Of a DNA stretch of 64,000 nt, positions 60,079 to 64,000 are shown in pieces. Within the stretch, counting starts at the first letter, position 1; each line of letters begins with the position of its first letter. The stretch lies in the NCBI GenBank assembly GCA_963703315.1, contig OY969811.1, positions 2,688,001 through 2,752,000 on the forward strand, in the 5' to 3' direction. The notes under the pieces were generated by a model. The model searched no databases. It saw only the letters and a program-made list of their open reading frames with translations, and was not told the DNA's origin. The position numbers were made by a program, and so were the translations under genes. The DNA comes from an uncultured cyanobacterium. GTDB lineage: Bacteria > Cyanobacteriota > Cyanobacteriia > Pseudanabaenales > Pseudanabaenaceae.

Positions 60079-60801
60079 TTAGCTTTGATTTGCTTTGACT
60101 TTCTCTAGAGCGATCGCCTTAGGAAACAGCACATTGTTTTCCTTGTGAATATGTTGGTGCATATCTTGCTCAAAGTTTAGCAAACCATCAAGCATGGCGC
60201 GATAGGTGTTACAAGCCCAGTCAGGGGCAGTGTAATTATCCGTGAGTTGACGCAATTGACCGAGGGCAATGCCAGCTTCATCATGCTCAAATTCCATTTG
60301 ATGTACAGGATTAGCGATCGTGCCGCAATGGAAAGATGGAACTGTGGCGCTAGATTCTAACTGACGGATCATCGGGAATAAAATCTTTTCTTCCTTCTGT
60401 AAATGTGTTTCTAATTCTTGAGATACAGCGAGAAATATATCTTTGATTTGGTGGAGGCGTGGTTCCTTCTCACCATGTACCGCCGCGACTTTGGTTACCA
60501 TCTTCTCCAAGCGAGGTAGCTCAGTATGCAGATAAGCATGGTGAGTATATTCGATGTGATCAGCTAGTTCGGTGAGGGATAAATTCGCGACGGTTATCTC
60601 AGGATCTTCAGTTGAATTAGCGATCGCCTCTAGTTGGATGAGAAATGTCTGCGGATCAATACCTTGCTTGCGACAGGCTTCATCAATTGTTTTCTTGCCG
60701 CCACAACAATAGTCAACTTTGGCTTGTTCAAACAATCGAGAAAGAGAAGGGCGATCGCGCACAATTTCGCCGACGGTATCGCTGATTTGAAAAGTTGCCA
60801 T
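60079..60801 (-). CDS. ric: Iron-sulfur cluster repair di-iron protein (Ric/YtfE/ScdA)
   Basis: DYCCGG, HH.YL, H..KEE.ILFP, EH, HIHKENNVLFP. Confidence 0.93.
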   Translation of the reverse strand: MATFQISDTVGEIVRDRPSLSRLFEQAKVDYCCGGKKTIDEACRKQGIDPQTFLIQLEAIANSTEDPEITVANLSLTELADHIEYTHHAYLHTELPRLEKMVTKVAAVHGEKEPRLHQIKDIFLAVSQELETHLQKEEKILFPMIRQLESSATVPSFHCGTIANPVHQMEFEHDEAGIALGQLRQLTDNYTAPDWACNTYRAMLDGLLNFEQDMHQHIHKENNVLFPKAIALEKVKANQS

Positions 60802-60864
60802 ATATTTAGTTTCCTGTTTGTTCTACTTCGAGAGTGCGGCTTTGCCGCGCTTTCGAGAAAATAA

Positions 60865-61239
60865 TTAGCCGTTCAAGACATCTTTCTTATGTTGAGGAGC
60901 CGCCGCTACTGCCGCCACCTCTCCCAAAAGATCATCAGGTACGCCCATTTCTTTGAGGGTGAGCATCAAATCCTCGGCAACCGCATCAAAGTGATCGCTG
61001 TTTAAACCTTGATGTGCCACTAGATCCTTGTGAGCTTCACGCATCTGCGCCCCACTATATTTGTCAGTACCACCAAAGGCATAGGTGAGAAAAGCTTTTT
61101 GGTGCATTCGTTGCTTTTGCATATCGGTATTCTCAAAAAAGTGTTTGATGCGATCGTCCTGCAACACTCTTTCATAGAAGCGATCGACCGCGATATCAAA
61201 CGCTTCAGCACCACCAAGTTTTTCAAATAATGTTGTCAT
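60865..61239 (-). CDS. glbN: Group 1 truncated hemoglobin (GlbN/cyanoglobin-like)
   Basis: LFEKLGG, FYERVLQDDRIKHFF, HQKAFL..AFGG, MREAH. Confidence 0.9.
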   Translation of the reverse strand: MTTLFEKLGGAEAFDIAVDRFYERVLQDDRIKHFFENTDMQKQRMHQKAFLTYAFGGTDKYSGAQMREAHKDLVAHQGLNSDHFDAVAEDLMLTLKEMGVPDDLLGEVAAVAAAPQHKKDVLNG

Positions 61240-61302
61240 GGGATTTCTTTTTTTCTACTTATCTACTGCTGACAGCATAAAAGAAGATCAGGGGATTAGT
61301 CT

Positions 61303-61316
61303 TTGACTTAAGTCAA
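61303..61316. promoter_or_regulatory. FNR/DNR-type palindromic box
   Basis: TTGACTTAAGTCAA (TTGA-N6-TCAA) upstream of glbN-ric and divergent from the Crp/Fnr gene. Confidence 0.7.
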
Positions 61317-61367
61317 GAACAACCTTAAAATATTCTTATATAGCTGTCGCCAGTCTTGTTAGGACAT

Positions 61368-61422
61368 AAACCCCAAAAGATGAATGGCGGCGCTTCGCGC
61401 CGCCATTCATCTTTTGGGGTTT
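61368..61422. repeat. Intergenic long-hairpin repeat (26-bp stem, TTC loop)
   Basis: Perfect inverted repeat. Confidence 0.85.
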
Positions 61423-61429
61423 GAGGCAA

Positions 61430-62110
61430 ATGTTAAATAGATTCGCCTTGAGTGAATGGTTACAAAGCATTCTAATCTTTCAGGGATCATCGGCAGAGCA
61501 GCTAGTTCCTTTAGCTCAGATTGCCCATCTGCAAACCTTCAAAAAAGATGAGACAATCTTCCATCAAGGTAATGAAGCAACAGGATTTTTTGTTGTCCAA
61601 ACTGGACGTGTCAAGGTAATTAAGACAGCATCTAATGGAAAAGAACATATTCTACATTTATTAAATAGATGTGATTACTTTGCCGAAGTTGCCACCTTTG
61701 ATGGCAAGGCTTTTCCAGCTTCAGCGATCGCACTAGAAGATACAGAATTAATCTTTTTCCCTCGGTTAGCTTTTCTAGATCTACTCCATCAAGATCCTGC
61801 GATCGCGATTAGTATGCTGACAAGTTTGGCAACCCGATCGCGTAAATTGGCGCAGATGGTGGAAGATCTCTCGTTTAAAGAAGTGCCACAGAGATTAGCG
61901 GCTTATTTACTGGATTTAAGCGATCGCGCTAATGGTGATCAAGTTATCCATCTAGATGTTACCAAAACTCAACTAGCTTCTATTTTAGGGACAATTTCGG
62001 CAACCCTCTCTAGAGCATTCTTGCATCTCAGCGATGAGGGATTAATTGCCATTCATGGTTCACATATTGAATTATTGGATCGCGATCGCTTGCAAGATTT
62101 AAGCGATTGA
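61430..62110 (+). CDS. Crp/Fnr family regulator (DNR/HcpR-like)
   Basis: cNMP-like domain (IFHQG, G.VKV, FAEV) and HTH (LASILGT..ATLSR). Confidence 0.9.
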   Translation: MLNRFALSEWLQSILIFQGSSAEQLVPLAQIAHLQTFKKDETIFHQGNEATGFFVVQTGRVKVIKTASNGKEHILHLLNRCDYFAEVATFDGKAFPASAIALEDTELIFFPRLAFLDLLHQDPAIAISMLTSLATRSRKLAQMVEDLSFKEVPQRLAAYLLDLSDRANGDQVIHLDVTKTQLASILGTISATLSRAFLHLSDEGLIAIHGSHIELLDRDRLQDLSD

Positions 62111-62201
62111 TTCCAGAATAAGAGTCCCAAGAGCATGATCAATATATTTATATCTTTTTCGTTTTTATGGGAGGGATGATGAAACACTCCTCCGTAAACA
62201 A

Positions 62202-62240
62202 AAAAACTGTGGCGCACGCTGCGCGTGCGCCACAGTTTTT
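62202..62240. repeat. Intergenic hairpin repeat
   Basis: AAAAACTGTGGCGCACGC-TGC-GCGTGCGCCACAGTTTTT followed by TTTTTAATTATGCCCAGCTA, as near 34030-34095. Confidence 0.75.
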
Positions 62241-62276
62241 GGCTCTAGTTTTTAATTATGCCCAGCTAATTAGTAG

Positions 62277-63449
62277 CTAGTATTTAGGAACCGAAGGATC
62301 GATCTGATCGCTCCATGCATTGATACCGCCCTGTACATTGATCCCATCAATGCCAGCTTGCTTGAGAATGCCCAGAGCCTTCATCGATCGCCCACCCATT
62401 TTGCAATGCGCGATCAGTTTATGCCCATTGAGCAACGACTTGACCTTTTCCACACCATTACCATTTTCGATTTCTGGTAAAGGCACTAGCACTGTATTGG
62501 GGATTCTGCCAATTTCCCATTCATTAGGGTTACGCACATCGATGATCACATAGTCCGATGCACCAGCATCAATGATCTCTTTGAGTTCTTTAACGGTAAT
62601 TTCGGCGATCGCCTTTTGTGCTTCCATTTCGGTTTCTTTTTGTTGAGGAATACCACAGAACTGCTGATAATCAATCAATTCGGTGATGACGGGACGCACT
62701 GGATTGGGACGCAGCTTGAGTTCGCGGAAGGTCATCTTCAAGGCATCGTAAAGCAACAAACGTCCACTCAGAGTATTGCCTTGTCCCAGAATGATTTTCA
62801 CGGTTTCTGTAGCTTGGATCACCCCAATGATTCCCGGCAAAATCCCTAAAACGCCGCCTTCAGCGCAGGAAGGAACTAGCCCAGGTGGTGGTGGCTCTGG
62901 GTAAAGATCGCGATAGTTAGGACCACCTTCATAATTGAAGACGGTAGCCTGTCCTTCAAAGCGGAAGATGGAGCCGTAGACGTTAGGCTTATTGAGTAAG
63001 ACACAGGCATCATTGACCAGATAGCGTGTGGGGAAGTTATCCGTACCATCCACAACAATGTCATAGGGAGCCATGATCTCTAGAGCATTGGCTGAGGATA
63101 GATGCGTGTTGTACAGATCAATTTGGCAATAGGGATTGATCTCCAAGATCCGCGCTTTAGCAGACTCGATCTTGGGTTTACCAACAGTACTAGTGCCATG
63201 AATGATTTGACGTTGCAGGTTGGAGGTATCCACCACATCGAAGTCCACGATACCGATGCGTCCGACACCTGCGGCGGCGAGGTATAACAACAAGGGCGCA
63301 CCCAAGCCACCCGTACCGATACACAGTACGCTAGCAGCCTTGAGGCGTTTTTGTCCTTCTACGCCAACCTCAGGCAAGATCAGGTGACGTGAGTAGCGCT
63401 CATAGTCATCTTGAGTGAGTTGAATCGAATTTGGGTCTGGGTTGAGCAT
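62277..63449 (-). CDS. moeB: Molybdopterin synthase adenylyltransferase with rhodanese domain (MoeB/MoeZ)
   Basis: RYSRH..LPEVG..GQ, G.GGLG, SNLQRQ, C-terminal rhodanese CKMGGRS. Confidence 0.94.
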   Translation of the reverse strand: MLNPDPNSIQLTQDDYERYSRHLILPEVGVEGQKRLKAASVLCIGTGGLGAPLLLYLAAAGVGRIGIVDFDVVDTSNLQRQIIHGTSTVGKPKIESAKARILEINPYCQIDLYNTHLSSANALEIMAPYDIVVDGTDNFPTRYLVNDACVLLNKPNVYGSIFRFEGQATVFNYEGGPNYRDLYPEPPPPGLVPSCAEGGVLGILPGIIGVIQATETVKIILGQGNTLSGRLLLYDALKMTFRELKLRPNPVRPVITELIDYQQFCGIPQQKETEMEAQKAIAEITVKELKEIIDAGASDYVIIDVRNPNEWEIGRIPNTVLVPLPEIENGNGVEKVKSLLNGHKLIAHCKMGGRSMKALGILKQAGIDGINVQGGINAWSDQIDPSVPKY

Positions 63450-63636
63450 GATTAAATAAATCGCACTTGGATGACAAAGGCAATCTTAATTAGCGATCGC
63501 CTTTGCTGATTTGTGACGTGTTTTTGTATTTCTATTGTAGTTTCCTAGTTTACGCTTTAGTGCGATGTTGTATGTTGGTTGCAGTTGGCTTAACTGCCAT
63601 AACTACGATATATAGCTGTCACCATTTACACTAAGT

Positions 63637-63681
63637 CCAAAAAGCGAGTGGCGGCGCTTCGCGCCACCACTCGCTTTTTGG
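63637..63681. repeat. Intergenic long-hairpin repeat
   Basis: CCAAAAAGCGAGTGGCGGCGC-TTC-GCGCCACCACTCGCTTTTTGG. Confidence 0.8.
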
Positions 63682-63834
63682 GTTAAGACTGGCAACAGCT
63701 ATAAAATTTACAAAAGTTTAGATTTTCAATCATTGCTAAGTAACTTCTCCGCAAGCTGTTCTGCCTGATACACGGACGGAACAGCTTGCGGGTTTTATAC
63801 TTAAATTAGAGTGTGACTAAATCCACGCAGTACT

Positions 63835-64000
63835 ATGGAGCTTATGGACACCCCTTACATTTACTACATTCCCATCTACCCTGACGATGATAATTGCGAA
63901 ACTCTAATGCACCTATTCATCGGTCAGCCTGGTTTAGATAACGAAATTCTCAGCTTACTGGAAACTCTGGATGATCGCGAACATTCAGGTGAAGCGGTTG
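63835..64000 (+). CDS. Partial ORF running off the window end
   Basis: Open frame MELMDTPYIYYIPIYPDDD... to the end; family not recognised. Confidence 0.4.
   Translation, partial: MELMDTPYIYYIPIYPDDDNCETLMHLFIGQPGLDNEILSLLETLDDREHSGEAV

Noticed and set aside
1..64000. HIP1 abundance itself as a novelty
   Set aside because: Well-known cyanobacterial feature; only the extended A/B modules are notable

Overview
Cyanobacterial chromosomal DNA: HIP1 (GCGATCGC) is very abundant, and ndhF4/D4, desA, pipX, gun4 and argZ are present. The intergenic repeat style suggests a Pseudanabaena-like genome (inference). Bases 1-11 kb hold a two-partner secretion locus (CHAT-TPR protein, two FHA-like proteins, FhaC). 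Bases 11-42 kb are mostly core genes plus an IS5-family insertion and two inverted IS110 (IS621-like) copies. Both IS110 copies sit in the outer ends of a REP-like doublet, and their bridge-RNA guides can be read directly against both target sites. An orphan c-di-GMP-I (GEMM)-like RNA lies between argZ and moaA. Bases 42-60 kb form a mosaic accessory zone: an IS1 copy, toxin-antitoxin and HNH remnants, an aac(3)-I-like gene, MerR/TauE and four attC-like sites without an integrase. This zone is punctuated by about 10 co-oriented HIP1-anchored 30-33 bp repeat modules, several of which abut or truncate gene 3' ends; this is the best candidate for an undescribed cassette system. The window ends with a nitric-oxide-response cluster (ric, trHb, Crp/Fnr) and moeB. 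All calls are by-eye recognition; no database searches were run.
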